This document shows, in pieces, positions 11,279-21,149 of a stretch of 48,754 bases of DNA. Every line of letters begins with the position of its first letter. Position 1 is the first letter of the stretch. Under the pieces are notes generated by a model. It saw only the letters and a list, made by a program, of their open reading frames with translations. It had not been told where the DNA came from and did no database searches. The DNA lies in contig JACFMZ010000005.1 in the NCBI GenBank assembly GCA_019455105.1, forward strand, positions 14,226-62,979. Direction: 5' to 3'. This DNA is from Bacteroidota bacterium. GTDB lineage: Bacteria > Bacteroidota > Ignavibacteria > UBA10030 > UBA8401. The translations under genes were made by a program, and so were the position numbers.

Positions 11279-11328
11279 CAATTTTTTTACTTTTTTTATA
11301 AACGATAACAGCTACACAATCTATTCAT

Positions 11329-12156
11329 ATGAAAATTCCCTTTACCAAAATGAGCGGCGCTGGTAATGATTTTGTTGTTGTTGATAACCGTACAAAACTC
11401 ATTACTGATCCGGAAAATTTTTCTAAATCTGCATGCCATCGTCATTTGGGAATTGGAGCAGACGGTGTGTTACTTGTTGAACAGAGCGATAAAGCCGATT
11501 TTACAATGAAATATTATAACGCCGATGGTACTCACGGTGGAATGTGCGGAAACGGCGGACGTTGTATCGCTAAATTTGCTTATGATAACAAAATAGTACA
11601 AAAAGAAAAATTTTCGTTTTCAGCATTGGATTATATTTATAAAAGCATCCGTCATGCTCCGGAGTTGTATGAGATTGAAATGAAAAATCCTGTTGATATA
11701 AGATTGAATATTGATTTGTTGGTCAAAGAAGAAAAATTTATTGTTCATTATATCGATACCGGATCTCCGCATTGCGTACTGTTTCTAAATAAAAATCACT
11801 CTTTGAAAGATTTAGAAGAAATTGATGTTATCCAGATTGGTAAAAGTTTACGCTATCATTCTAAATTTTCTCCGAAAGGAACAAACGTTAATTTTGTTCA
11901 ATTGATTGGCGATAATAAAATTAAAATAAGAACTTACGAGCGTGGAGTTGAAGACGAAACGCTTGCATGCGGAACAGGTTCAATTGCCAGCGCGGTATTG
12001 AGTTCTTTATTATATGAATACATAAGCCCAATTGGCGTTAAAGTAAAAAGCGGTGAAACTTTGGAGATATCATTTAAAAAAATAATGGAAGACATTAAAG
12101 AAGTTAAACTTAAAGGAAGCGCGAAGAATATATTTGTTGGTGAATATGAATTCTAA
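11329..12156 (+). CDS. dapF: Diaminopimelate epimerase
   Basis: KMSGAGNDF, GIGADG, MCGNGGRC, DTGSPH, RTYERGVEDETLACGTG. Confidence 0.97.
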   Translation: MKIPFTKMSGAGNDFVVVDNRTKLITDPENFSKSACHRHLGIGADGVLLVEQSDKADFTMKYYNADGTHGGMCGNGGRCIAKFAYDNKIVQKEKFSFSALDYIYKSIRHAPELYEIEMKNPVDIRLNIDLLVKEEKFIVHYIDTGSPHCVLFLNKNHSLKDLEEIDVIQIGKSLRYHSKFSPKGTNVNFVQLIGDNKIKIRTYERGVEDETLACGTGSIASAVLSSLLYEYISPIGVKVKSGETLEISFKKIMEDIKEVKLKGSAKNIFVGEYEF

Positions 12157-12180
12157 TTCCTAATAACCATATACACAAAT

Positions 12181-12208
12181 AATAAATATAATAGATATTA
12201 TGTTAAGT
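12181..12208. other. Chromosomal dif site (XerC/XerD dimer-resolution site)
   Basis: AATAAATATAA-TAGATA-TTATGTTAAGT: 11-6-11 architecture; right arm is one base from the E. coli XerD arm TTATGTTAAAT; left arm ends in ATAA; intergenic at the point of gene convergence. Confidence 0.78.
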
Positions 12209-12223
12209 AATATAATATCGAAT

Positions 12224-13972
12224 TTATCGTGATTTATTAAATAGTTTTCTAATCTTATCAACACTCAATGTGTTCACTACATCTTGCTTCTCTAACCACC
12301 CTTTTCTTGCAATACCAACTCCGTATCGAACATCATTTAAGCCTTTAATGTTGTGAGCATCTGGATTAATTGAAATTTTAACACCTTTTTCTTTTGCGTA
12401 TTTACATAACCGCCAATCTAAATCAAGCCGCATTGGATGTGAATTAATTTCAATTATTTTTCCGTAATCTGCAGCAGCATTAATAATATCAATTTTGTTC
12501 AGCTGATATTCTTCACGCTGAAGCAATAACCTTCCGGTCAGATGTCCTAGTATTGTAACGTATTTATTTTTAAGTGCGCGAATAATCCGTTTTGTCATTT
12601 CCTTTTCATTCAACGAAAAATTACTATGAACAGATGCAACAACAAATTCAAACGATGACAAAATTTTATCAGAATAATCTAATTCTCCATTCGGTAAAAT
12701 ATCAACTTCAGTACCCTTAAAAATATAAAAGTTTTTAAGTTTAGCATTTAAAGAATCAATTTCATTTAATTGCTGAGTTACTCTTTTAGCATCCAAACCG
12801 TTTGCATACACTGCAACTTTGCTATGGTCGGCAATGCCGAGATATTTCCAGCCTATATTTTGAGCTGCAAGCGCCATTTCAGAGAGAGTATTTTTGCCGT
12901 CGCTATATGTCGTATGGCAATGAAATGTTCCTTGTAAATCATTTAAAGTTATTAGTTTAGGGAGCTTATTGTGTTGTGATGCTTCAATCTCACCGAAGTC
13001 TTCTCTTAATTCCGGTTCAATATAATTTAGTCCGAGTGTTTTATATATATCTTTTTCTGTTTTACAAGTAGGAATATTCTTCTTACTACTTTTTTTACTT
13101 TTAGAATCAATTATCGTAAATCCATATTCGTTTAAACTTAAGCCGATATCTTTTGCAATCGAACGCAATCGAACATTATGCTCCTTGCTTCCTGTAAAAT
13201 AATTTAAGGCAAACGGAAATTCATTATCGTGTACAATTCGCAGGTCGCAGTTAATTCCATTTTTCAGCATCACACTGGATTTCGTTTCTCCCTTTCCGAT
13301 AAATCGTTCTACACTGCTATATGACGTAAAAACATCCATTAATTGTGAAATATATTTTTTCTGAGCACTAACAAGAATATCAATATCACCAATTGTTTCT
13401 TTCCGGCGCCGCAGGCTGCCGGCAATTTCAGCACGAAGTACTCCTTTTTGCTTCTTTAAGATATCAAGAATTTCAGCAGCGGAAGATTCTGCTACATTAT
13501 ATAAAAATCGTGAGGAATGTTTTTTTAAGAACTCAATGCCATGTAATATATTCTCTTGTGTTTTTTTACCAAAGCCGGCAGCATTTTCAAGTTTCCCTGC
13601 TTTACATGCCGACTCCAATTCTTCAACTGATTGAATTTTCAAATTATACAGCAGGAATGAAACTTTTTTGGGACCGATTCCCGGAATTTTTAACATTTCA
13701 AAAACGCCGGTGGGGAATTCATTTTTAAGATTTTCAAATTCTATTGATTTTCCGGTAGAAACAAGTTCTTCAATGATGGAGGCTATGCTCTTTCCGATTC
13801 CTTTAATATTTTGAATTTCCTGCTCTTCAACTAACCGGTTTATATCGTCAGGAATGGTTGCCAGTATGCGAGAAGCATTGTAAAAGGCACGGCTCTTAAA
13901 AGGATTTTCTCCTTTTATCTCAAGTAAAGTGCCAAATTCATCAAGTGTGTTTGTAATGTCAGACTTATTCAT
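12224..13972 (-). CDS. polX: DNA polymerase X family with C-terminal PHP domain
   Basis: GENPFK, HhH GIGK/GIGPKK, AGSLRR, GDIDIL, DLR, FTGSKEHN, PELRED; PHP motifs HCHTTYSDG, ADHS, NPDAH. Confidence 0.95.
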   Translation of the reverse strand: MNKSDITNTLDEFGTLLEIKGENPFKSRAFYNASRILATIPDDINRLVEEQEIQNIKGIGKSIASIIEELVSTGKSIEFENLKNEFPTGVFEMLKIPGIGPKKVSFLLYNLKIQSVEELESACKAGKLENAAGFGKKTQENILHGIEFLKKHSSRFLYNVAESSAAEILDILKKQKGVLRAEIAGSLRRRKETIGDIDILVSAQKKYISQLMDVFTSYSSVERFIGKGETKSSVMLKNGINCDLRIVHDNEFPFALNYFTGSKEHNVRLRSIAKDIGLSLNEYGFTIIDSKSKKSSKKNIPTCKTEKDIYKTLGLNYIEPELREDFGEIEASQHNKLPKLITLNDLQGTFHCHTTYSDGKNTLSEMALAAQNIGWKYLGIADHSKVAVYANGLDAKRVTQQLNEIDSLNAKLKNFYIFKGTEVDILPNGELDYSDKILSSFEFVVASVHSNFSLNEKEMTKRIIRALKNKYVTILGHLTGRLLLQREEYQLNKIDIINAAADYGKIIEINSHPMRLDLDWRLCKYAKEKGVKISINPDAHNIKGLNDVRYGVGIARKGWLEKQDVVNTLSVDKIRKLFNKSR

Positions 13973-14011
13973 CAGTCTAAAATTTTGAATGACTGAAATA
14001 TATTGGAAAAA

Positions 14012-14584
14012 TTATAAATAATTCTTTTCTATAAAATTTCTTAATAATAATTTTCCATGTTCAGTTGCTATTGACTCGGGATGGAATTGAATACCGAAAA
14101 CCGGATAACGAGAATGTTGAACTCCCATAATAACTTTATCCGAAGTTGTTGCCGTAATTTCAATTTCACTTGGAATTGTTTTAGGATCTATTACCAATGA
14201 ATGGTATCGGGTTGCGCGAAATTTATTTGGAAGAGATTTGAAAATTCCCTTCCCTTCATGATAGATTTCCGAAGTCTTTCCATGAACAATCGAAGGAGCA
14301 GAAATTACATTACCGCCAAAAGCTTCTCCAATTGCCTGGTGTCCGAGGCAAACGCCGAGAATCGGTATTTCCTGGCAAAATTCTTTTATCAATGAGATAG
14401 AAATTCCTGCTTCTTTCGGCGTGCACGGTCCCGGCGATATGACAATTCCTTCCGGATGAAGATTGCGGATTTCCCGAAGCGTAATTTTATCATTTCGAAA
14501 AATCTTTTGTTCAATATTCATTTCGCCGAAATATTGAACAAGGTTATACGTAAAGGAATCGTAATTATCGATAATTAAAATCAT
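14012..14584 (-). CDS. trpG: Anthranilate/aminodeoxychorismate synthase glutamine amidotransferase component
   Basis: IDNYDSFTYNL, SPGPC, LGVCLGHQ, RYHSL, QFHPES; ATGA-coupled to trpE. Confidence 0.9.
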   Translation of the reverse strand: MILIIDNYDSFTYNLVQYFGEMNIEQKIFRNDKITLREIRNLHPEGIVISPGPCTPKEAGISISLIKEFCQEIPILGVCLGHQAIGEAFGGNVISAPSIVHGKTSEIYHEGKGIFKSLPNKFRATRYHSLVIDPKTIPSEIEITATTSDKVIMGVQHSRYPVFGIQFHPESIATEHGKLLLRNFIEKNYL

Positions 14585-16065
14585 AATACGGTAGCTTCAA
14601 CAGATTTAACAACGGCATCCATTTTTATAAGTGTTTCTTTATATTCATTTTCCGGAACCGAATCGAAGACAATTCCGGCACCAGCTTGAAAATAGGCGTA
14701 CCCATCTTTAACAATTGTTGTACGAATCGCAATGCAGGAATCGAGATTGCCGGAAAAATCTAAATAGCCGATTGCTCCGCCGTAAATTCCCCGTTTTACC
14801 GGTTCCAGTTCGGCAATAATTTCCATGGCACGAATTTTCGGCGCGCCGGATAAGGTTCCGGCAGGAAAACAGGAAAACAAGGCATCTATCGCAGTTACTT
14901 CTTTTTTTAATTTTCCTCTGACGTTCGAAACAATATGCATGACGTGAGAATATTTCTCGATGGCCATATAATCCGTTACCTCAACTGTGCCGAATTCGCT
15001 TATTCGTCCGATATCGTTTCTTCCTAAATCGATGAGCATTAAATGTTCAGCAAGTTCTTTCTGATCCGCAAGGAGATCCTTTTCAAGCAAGAGATCCTCT
15101 TCTGCTGTGTATCCGCGCCGTCGAGTGCCGGCAATCGGCCGAGTTTCGACAATATTATTTTCCACACGCACTAATAATTCCGGCGAAGAGCCGATTATTG
15201 ATAAGCCATTGAGTGAAAAAAAATACATATACGGGGAGGGATTTATAACGCGAAGCATTCGATAAATGGAAAAAGAATCGCCGTGAAATTTTCTTTTTAA
15301 ACGGTGTGACGGTAGAACCTGAAATACATCTCCCTCAACAATGTATTTTTTTGAACGAACAACCATCTGCTCAAATTCATATTGCGAAATCATCTGTTCC
15401 ATTGCACCAATTTCAGAATAACAAAATTGGTTTAAAATGGTTTTTGATAAAAGCTGTTTCATCTTTTGTATTTCTTCGGCAGCTTTTTCATATTCAGACT
15501 TTAATACTGCTTCATCAGCGTTGGACGGGATATACGCATTAGATACTAATTGTAATTTTCTTTTTACATTATCAAAAACGATAATAGTATCAAGAAACAT
15601 TAATAAAGAATCATTAAGCTGTAAATCATCGAGTTTTGCAGAAGGGATATTTTCAATCAGCTGAACTGTTTCGTATCCGAAATAGCCGACAGCGCCGCTT
15701 GCCAAGCGTGGTAATCCTTCTATCGGCGTTGTTTTGTAATGAGAAAATATTTTTTTTAATGCTTCTAATGGGTGGTCTATTCCTTGGACGAGTTTTGGTA
15801 ATGTAACAACATCAGGATGACGTGATTGAATCTCATAGGTGTCTTTTCGAATAATAAAGTTTGCAAAAGGATTGTAGCCGATAAATGAATACCGGCCGAT
15901 CTTTTCTCCCCCTTCAACGCTTTCAAGAAGGAACGAATACGGACTTTCATTCCGTACTTTCAGATAGACTGAGACGGGAGTTTCAACATCGGCAAGTATT
16001 TCATCAAAGAGCGGAACAACATTTCCCTTTGCTGCCAGTAATTTAAATTCTTCAAACGAAATCAT
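14581..16065 (-). CDS. trpE: Anthranilate synthase component I
   Basis: LLES and NPSPYM feedback motifs, GSSPE, PIAGTR, EHLMLIDLGRND, FPAGTLSGAPK; start ATG 16065. Confidence 0.92.
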   Translation of the reverse strand: MISFEEFKLLAAKGNVVPLFDEILADVETPVSVYLKVRNESPYSFLLESVEGGEKIGRYSFIGYNPFANFIIRKDTYEIQSRHPDVVTLPKLVQGIDHPLEALKKIFSHYKTTPIEGLPRLASGAVGYFGYETVQLIENIPSAKLDDLQLNDSLLMFLDTIIVFDNVKRKLQLVSNAYIPSNADEAVLKSEYEKAAEEIQKMKQLLSKTILNQFCYSEIGAMEQMISQYEFEQMVVRSKKYIVEGDVFQVLPSHRLKRKFHGDSFSIYRMLRVINPSPYMYFFSLNGLSIIGSSPELLVRVENNIVETRPIAGTRRRGYTAEEDLLLEKDLLADQKELAEHLMLIDLGRNDIGRISEFGTVEVTDYMAIEKYSHVMHIVSNVRGKLKKEVTAIDALFSCFPAGTLSGAPKIRAMEIIAELEPVKRGIYGGAIGYLDFSGNLDSCIAIRTTIVKDGYAYFQAGAGIVFDSVPENEYKETLIKMDAVVKSVEATVL

Positions 16066-16066
16066 G

Positions 16067-16528
16067 TTACACTTCAACAGAGGGCCATAAAATTGCCGCT
16101 CTACCTTCTTCAAATTCCTGAATTTTCTTTCTGTAATAATTCGGAACCGGGACAGGTTTATTGGACACCGGATCTACCCACACGTGTATGGTGATGCATT
16201 TGGCAATCGGAATATTTTTCTCCGTTAGCACCATTTCCGCTTCACACCGGATACTTGAATTATTTATTGCGGTAATTCGCGTATATATATCAAGGAGATC
16301 ATCATACGTGGCAGGATTGAAATAATCTAATTCATTACGGGCAACAACAATTTTTGTATTGCCGGAAATTGAACGTTCATCAATTTCCATTCCGGTATCC
16401 TTAAAATAATTTACACGGGCAACTTCAAAATAGAGGAGATAATTTCCATTGTGCACGATTCCCTGCCAGTCAATTTCGTAATTTCGAACTTTAATTTGGT
16501 ATTTGTGTTTGTATTGAGAGATATCCAT
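16067..16528 (-). CDS. Acyl-CoA thioesterase (YbgC/4HBT hotdog fold)
   Basis: VRNYEIDWQGIVHNGNYLLYFEVAR. Confidence 0.85.
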   Translation of the reverse strand: MDISQYKHKYQIKVRNYEIDWQGIVHNGNYLLYFEVARVNYFKDTGMEIDERSISGNTKIVVARNELDYFNPATYDDLLDIYTRITAINNSSIRCEAEMVLTEKNIPIAKCITIHVWVDPVSNKPVPVPNYYRKKIQEFEEGRAAILWPSVEV

Positions 16529-16539
16529 AAAATGTACGG

Positions 16540-17574
16540 TTAATGAAATAATGCTTTAATTTTTTGAACTGCATATCGGATTTCTTCCATAGAAACATCG
16601 AGATGCATTACAGCGCGTAAGCTGGTAAACGTGCCGCTGGAAACGAGAATACTGTTTGCTTTTAACAGAGAAATAATTTCATTAGGGGTTTTCCCCGTTT
16701 TTTGTACATCAATCAATATAATATTTGTTTGAACGGATTCAAGATCAATTGAAAATTGTGTAACAGAAGAAAGCTCTTCAGCAAAATATTTTGCTTTCTG
16801 ATGATCTTCCTTCAATCGTTCAACATGATTCTCAACGGCGTATAAAGCGCCGGCAGCGATTATTCCGGCTTGACGCATGCCTCCGCCGAATACTTTCCGC
16901 CACTTTCGTACTTTTGAAATAAATTCTGCCGATCCGCAGATTGCCGAGCCGACCGGAGCGCCAAGCCCTTTTGAAAAGCAGACGGAAACGGAATCAAACT
17001 GTTCAGCCCATGTTTTCATCGGAATTCCTGTAGCAACGCTTGCATTCCATAATCGTGCACCGTCGAGATGGAAAATAATATTTCTTTCTTTTGCAAAGCG
17101 TGAAAGCTTATTTATTTCCTCAAGCGGAAAAATTGTTCCCCCGGCGCGATTGTGTGTATTTTCAACCGCAATAAGTTTTGTTTTCGGCATGTAATAAATA
17201 TCCGGCCGGATTAATGAAGGAAGTTGTTCAACAGAAAATATTCCCTTTTTGCCCGGAACGGTCTGAACTTGCACAGAAGACATAACGGACGGAGCAGCAG
17301 TTTCGTAATTGAAAATATGAGCATCCCGTTCAACCAAAATTTCATCCCCTGCATTGGTATGTGCCTTTATGGCAAGTTGATTACTCATACACCCGCTGGG
17401 AACAAACAGCGCTTTTTCTTTTCCAAGTAATGATGCCACTTTCTCCTGAAGAATATTGACGGTTGGATCTTCACCAAAGACATCATCGCCAACTTCGGCA
17501 TTTGCCATAGCCTGACGCATAGCTGTAGTCGGCTTTGTAACAGTATCGCTTCGTATGTCAATAATTTTTTCCAT
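16540..17574 (-). CDS. ltaE: Low-specificity L-threonine aldolase
   Basis: [51 protein letters not shown]. Confidence 0.93.
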   Translation of the reverse strand: MEKIIDIRSDTVTKPTTAMRQAMANAEVGDDVFGEDPTVNILQEKVASLLGKEKALFVPSGCMSNQLAIKAHTNAGDEILVERDAHIFNYETAAPSVMSSVQVQTVPGKKGIFSVEQLPSLIRPDIYYMPKTKLIAVENTHNRAGGTIFPLEEINKLSRFAKERNIIFHLDGARLWNASVATGIPMKTWAEQFDSVSVCFSKGLGAPVGSAICGSAEFISKVRKWRKVFGGGMRQAGIIAAGALYAVENHVERLKEDHQKAKYFAEELSSVTQFSIDLESVQTNIILIDVQKTGKTPNEIISLLKANSILVSSGTFTSLRAVMHLDVSMEEIRYAVQKIKALFH

Positions 17575-17577
17575 AAT

Positions 17578-19206
17578 TTACTTTTTATAAATTGTATAAC
17601 CTACAGTGAATAATAAAATTAGTAAACTAAACCACGCACAGATTCTAGCGAACAAGTCACCATGCTTTGTATAATAAGTTTGTTCGGTTTGAAGTGAGAT
17701 TTTTTTAGAGATATAATTTTCAGAATACATTTTTGTTTCTTCAAAAATATTTCCCAGCGGATCGATAAAACAAGAAACACCACCGTTGGCACAGCGAATC
17801 ACCCAGCGGCGATTTTCTACGGCTCGTAAAACAGCGTATTGCTTATGCTGCTGTGCTCCAGATGTATTTCCCCACCAGCTGTCGTTGGTAATAAAAACAA
17901 GAAACTCAGCCCCCTTCTTTACGAATGAGCTGACAAATTCCGGATAAATTGATTCATAACAAATCATAGCAAGAAATTTTGAGTTAGTTTTGTTATCAAA
18001 GAAAACTGTTGAATCTGTTCCCTTACCCCAATTACTGACACCCACACCCCAACGAAGAGGCTCAATGAGAAACGGAGCAGTTTCCGCATAGGGAATTCGT
18101 TCAGCCAATGGCACCAATCGCATTTTACTATAAATTTGCGAATTGTAAGTTGATGGCTGCGTAAACATAATTGAATTATAAGAATCATAAAATATATCCG
18201 TTCCTGAAATTTTACTTGCAGAAACGGGAATATTACCCTCACGATAATATTTTACTTTTACATATCCTGTAAGAATTGAAATTTTATTTGTATCAATGAA
18301 TGTCTTATACTCATTATACTGATCGTGCAGTTCGGGAAGATTTAATAAGATTGCTGTTTCAGGCAGCACAACAATGTCAAGACTATCCTTTAAATGATTA
18401 TTTATAACATTCAGATATTTCTTTACTTGATTCCATCTTCCAACGAATGAATCTGCCCCCTCCCACTTATCCCAAGGGTCTAAATTTGGTTGAATGACGC
18501 CAATAGAAAATTCTTTTTTATCGGAAAAACCGTTATAGATTTTTGGAATACCGTAAATATCAGGAATAAAATATAAGAGAAAAATTATTCCAAGTGAATA
18601 AATTGCTTTTTTGATATTTTGTCGTATTTCCTTAAACGAAAAAGTTGTGACAAAAATATAAACAACTGCATTAATAAATAAAATCCAAAACGATAAGCCG
18701 TAAACGCCGGTGATGTCTGCAATTTGAATTTTTGTTACTTGGTATGTTTGTGAATTTCCAAGAGTCAGCCAGGGAAAAGAGAATTCTCCGTATGCCAACA
18801 GCCACTCACAGGTTACCCATAGAAAAGGAAGAAAAAAAAGTGAGTAGTTCTTTTTAATTTTTTTTCGAACAAAGAAAATAAACGAAGCAAAAACAGTAAA
18901 GACTAAAGGCAAAAACAATAATAATGCTCCGCCGGCGAGCATTAAATATGGATCTTTATGGTGTGTAAATCCGCCTGTCCAATAAAGAGTAATTACGCAG
19001 AAAATAAAAAATGTGAAATAGGAATATCGAAAGAACTTACCGTAAAAATCTATTTTATCTATCAGCAAGAGAAATGGAACAAATCCAACCATCGCAAAAA
19101 ATCCGGTCGGAAATGGCGGAAATGAAATTCCAAGAAGAATTGCTGTTCCCAGCGAAAGCGTTAAGAGATTTTTATTTATTTTAGATTGCGTAATATCTTT
19201 GAACAC
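17578..19206 (-). CDS. lnt: Apolipoprotein N-acyltransferase
   Basis: N-terminal TM helices, FPW..LG.SQ, QPN, triad VLPET / K.RLVP..E / ICYES, ITNDSWW, RAVENRR, NGGVS. Confidence 0.95.
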   Translation of the reverse strand: MFKDITQSKINKNLLTLSLGTAILLGISFPPFPTGFFAMVGFVPFLLLIDKIDFYGKFFRYSYFTFFIFCVITLYWTGGFTHHKDPYLMLAGGALLLFLPLVFTVFASFIFFVRKKIKKNYSLFFLPFLWVTCEWLLAYGEFSFPWLTLGNSQTYQVTKIQIADITGVYGLSFWILFINAVVYIFVTTFSFKEIRQNIKKAIYSLGIIFLLYFIPDIYGIPKIYNGFSDKKEFSIGVIQPNLDPWDKWEGADSFVGRWNQVKKYLNVINNHLKDSLDIVVLPETAILLNLPELHDQYNEYKTFIDTNKISILTGYVKVKYYREGNIPVSASKISGTDIFYDSYNSIMFTQPSTYNSQIYSKMRLVPLAERIPYAETAPFLIEPLRWGVGVSNWGKGTDSTVFFDNKTNSKFLAMICYESIYPEFVSSFVKKGAEFLVFITNDSWWGNTSGAQQHKQYAVLRAVENRRWVIRCANGGVSCFIDPLGNIFEETKMYSENYISKKISLQTEQTYYTKHGDLFARICAWFSLLILLFTVGYTIYKK

Positions 19207-19218
19207 AGTTGGTTATTC

Positions 19219-19797
19219 TCATTTCGATAGAAGTTTTCTATGCGATAAATTTATAAATTTCCATAAATGGAAAATACATAAGGCTGTAATACTTCCGATT
19301 ATTGCACCGGCAATTATATCTGAAGGATAATGAACGCCAACATACGGTCTGGAAACTGCAATTAATGAAGCGAAGGAGAACCAAAATATTTTTTGTTTCT
19401 GAAAGAAACGTGTTATAATAACTGCTCCTGCAAAATTATTAACCGCATGAGATGAAGGAAAAGAATATCCGGAACCACAAGGAACTAACATTCTTACTCC
19501 TTCCAAGGCTCTACAGGGACGCAATCTTTCGAAAAATTGCTTGATCAATGAACTGCTCAATTGATCAGCGGCGATAATAGTAATGATGAGTAAGACAATC
19601 ATTGCTCGCGTATTGGCATTTCCTTTTATGAAAAGATAAAGGATAAAAATAATGATTCCCCATACAACGAATAGCTGCTTATTTAAATCCGTCAGAAACG
19701 GAAAAACGACATCTAAAACAGGATTGGCAATTGTGTGATTGAAAAAAAAGAAAATAGTCACATCAATCGAATAGAGAAATTCAATCACGTTTTTCAT
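19219..19797 (-). CDS. PAP2 family lipid phosphate phosphatase
   Basis: C1 KQFFERLRP, C2 FPSSH, C3 SRPYVGVHYPSD; hydrophobic. Confidence 0.9.
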   Translation of the reverse strand: MKNVIEFLYSIDVTIFFFFNHTIANPVLDVVFPFLTDLNKQLFVVWGIIIFILYLFIKGNANTRAMIVLLIITIIAADQLSSSLIKQFFERLRPCRALEGVRMLVPCGSGYSFPSSHAVNNFAGAVIITRFFQKQKIFWFSFASLIAVSRPYVGVHYPSDIIAGAIIGSITALCIFHLWKFINLSHRKLLSK

Positions 19798-20385
19798 TCC
19801 TTTTCTTTAACCAAAGTAGCGCCAGAAGAGAGATAATTGTTATTACGATAACCGTAACAATTTTGCTGTAAGTAGAAATATAATTTTCAATTAAGTTCCA
19901 ATTTTTGCCAAGAAGCGTTCCGGAATAAAATAAAATTCCATTCCACAGCAGCGCACTAAAAAAGCATAAAATAGCCGTTGGGATAAATTTTACCTCAGCC
20001 ATACCGGCAAAAAAACCTACTACGGCTCTCGTACCGGAAAGAAAGCGGTTAATTATAATTAACCAATAGCCGTAATGACGAAACCACTTTTCAACTTTGT
20101 GTATTGAATCTAACGGAAGAAATTTTATTTTTTGTGTTTCAATAATTCGTAAGCCGAACCAGTCGCCGATTTTATACATGGTCATAAAACCGGCAGTGCT
20201 CCCAAGTGTAGCAATTAACAGTGCAGAAGTAAAATCAATATGTTCAATTCCAATTAAATATCCTCCGGCAACAATCATAATATCGCTGGGTGAAGGAGGG
20301 AAAATATTTTCTAAATAAGCAATTGAAAAAAGTGCGACATAAACCCAGATGGGATTTAGTTCTTGAAAGAAATTGATTCAATCAT
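19781..20385 (-). pseudogene. DedA family membrane protein with a frameshift in the first 7 codons
   Basis: DedA frame runs upstream of the called start as QELNPIWVYVALFSIAYLENIFPPSPSDIMIVAGG with no in-frame ATG; ATG 20385 (3 nt after the ispF stop) is off by one base (MIESISFKN*). Downstream motifs RFLSGTRAVVGFFAG and SALLW present. Confidence 0.75.
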
Positions 20386-20388
20386 ATA

Positions 20389-20874
20389 CTATTTATTTTC
20401 TCTGAAAATTAACGTAACTGCATATGCTACGGCGCCTTCACCGCTTCCAATAAAACCTAATTTTTCACTTGTTGTAGCTTTGATGGATATTTGGTCAATT
20501 TTAATTTTTAATACTGAGGAAATCTTTTTTTTCATTTCATCGACATAGGGGGAAATTTTTGGTTTTTCAAGAACAATTGTCGAATCAATATTACCAATCG
20601 AATATTTTTTTTCTTGAAGCAGATGATAAACATGTTCCAGCAGTGTTAGGCTGTTAATTCCCTTATAGCGTTCATCGGTGTCGGGGAAATGTTTCCCGAT
20701 ATCTCCCAAGGCGGCTGCTCCGAGCAGCGCATCACAAACTGCATGTAACAATACATCGGCATCAGAATGACCGAGCAATCCTACTTCTGAGGGAATATCG
20801 ACGCCGCCGAGAATTAATTTTCTTTCTTTTGCAAGCTGATGAACATCATAGCCGAAACCAATTCGTTGTTCCAT
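20389..20874 (-). CDS. ispF: 2-C-methyl-D-erythritol 2,4-cyclodiphosphate synthase
   Basis: RIGFGYDVH, GHSDADVLLHA, GDIG.HFPD, KATTSEKLGF. Confidence 0.97.
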   Translation of the reverse strand: MEQRIGFGYDVHQLAKERKLILGGVDIPSEVGLLGHSDADVLLHAVCDALLGAAALGDIGKHFPDTDERYKGINSLTLLEHVYHLLQEKKYSIGNIDSTIVLEKPKISPYVDEMKKKISSVLKIKIDQISIKATTSEKLGFIGSGEGAVAYAVTLIFRENK

Positions 20875-21149
20875 TATGCTTTTATTTTGAAATTTGTAAA
20901 TAAGTTGTGGGGACTATTCCATTCCACCGTTACATCATCAACAGACGCACCTCTTGGACCAATGCGAAGGTTTTTAATAAATTCGATAATCATTCCCTCT
21001 TCACCTTCAACTTCAGTAAATACTTTTCCATCCACTAAATTTTCAACAAATCCTTGTAATTGATATTTGCGCGCTAAGCGGTCCACATACCAGCGAAAAC
21101 CGACTCCCTGCACAATTCCGCTGACAGTAATTTTTGCATTTTTATCCAT
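20874..21149 (-). CDS. acyP: Acylphosphatase
   Basis: SGIVQGVGFR, GFVENL.DG.V, GP.GA.V. Confidence 0.93.
   Translation of the reverse strand: MDKNAKITVSGIVQGVGFRWYVDRLARKYQLQGFVENLVDGKVFTEVEGEEGMIIEFIKNLRIGPRGASVDDVTVEWNSPHNLFTNFKIKA

Noticed and set aside
11250-11330. Genomic island integrated at ssrA
   Set aside because: No integrase, no duplicated ssrA 3' end, and dapF follows directly.
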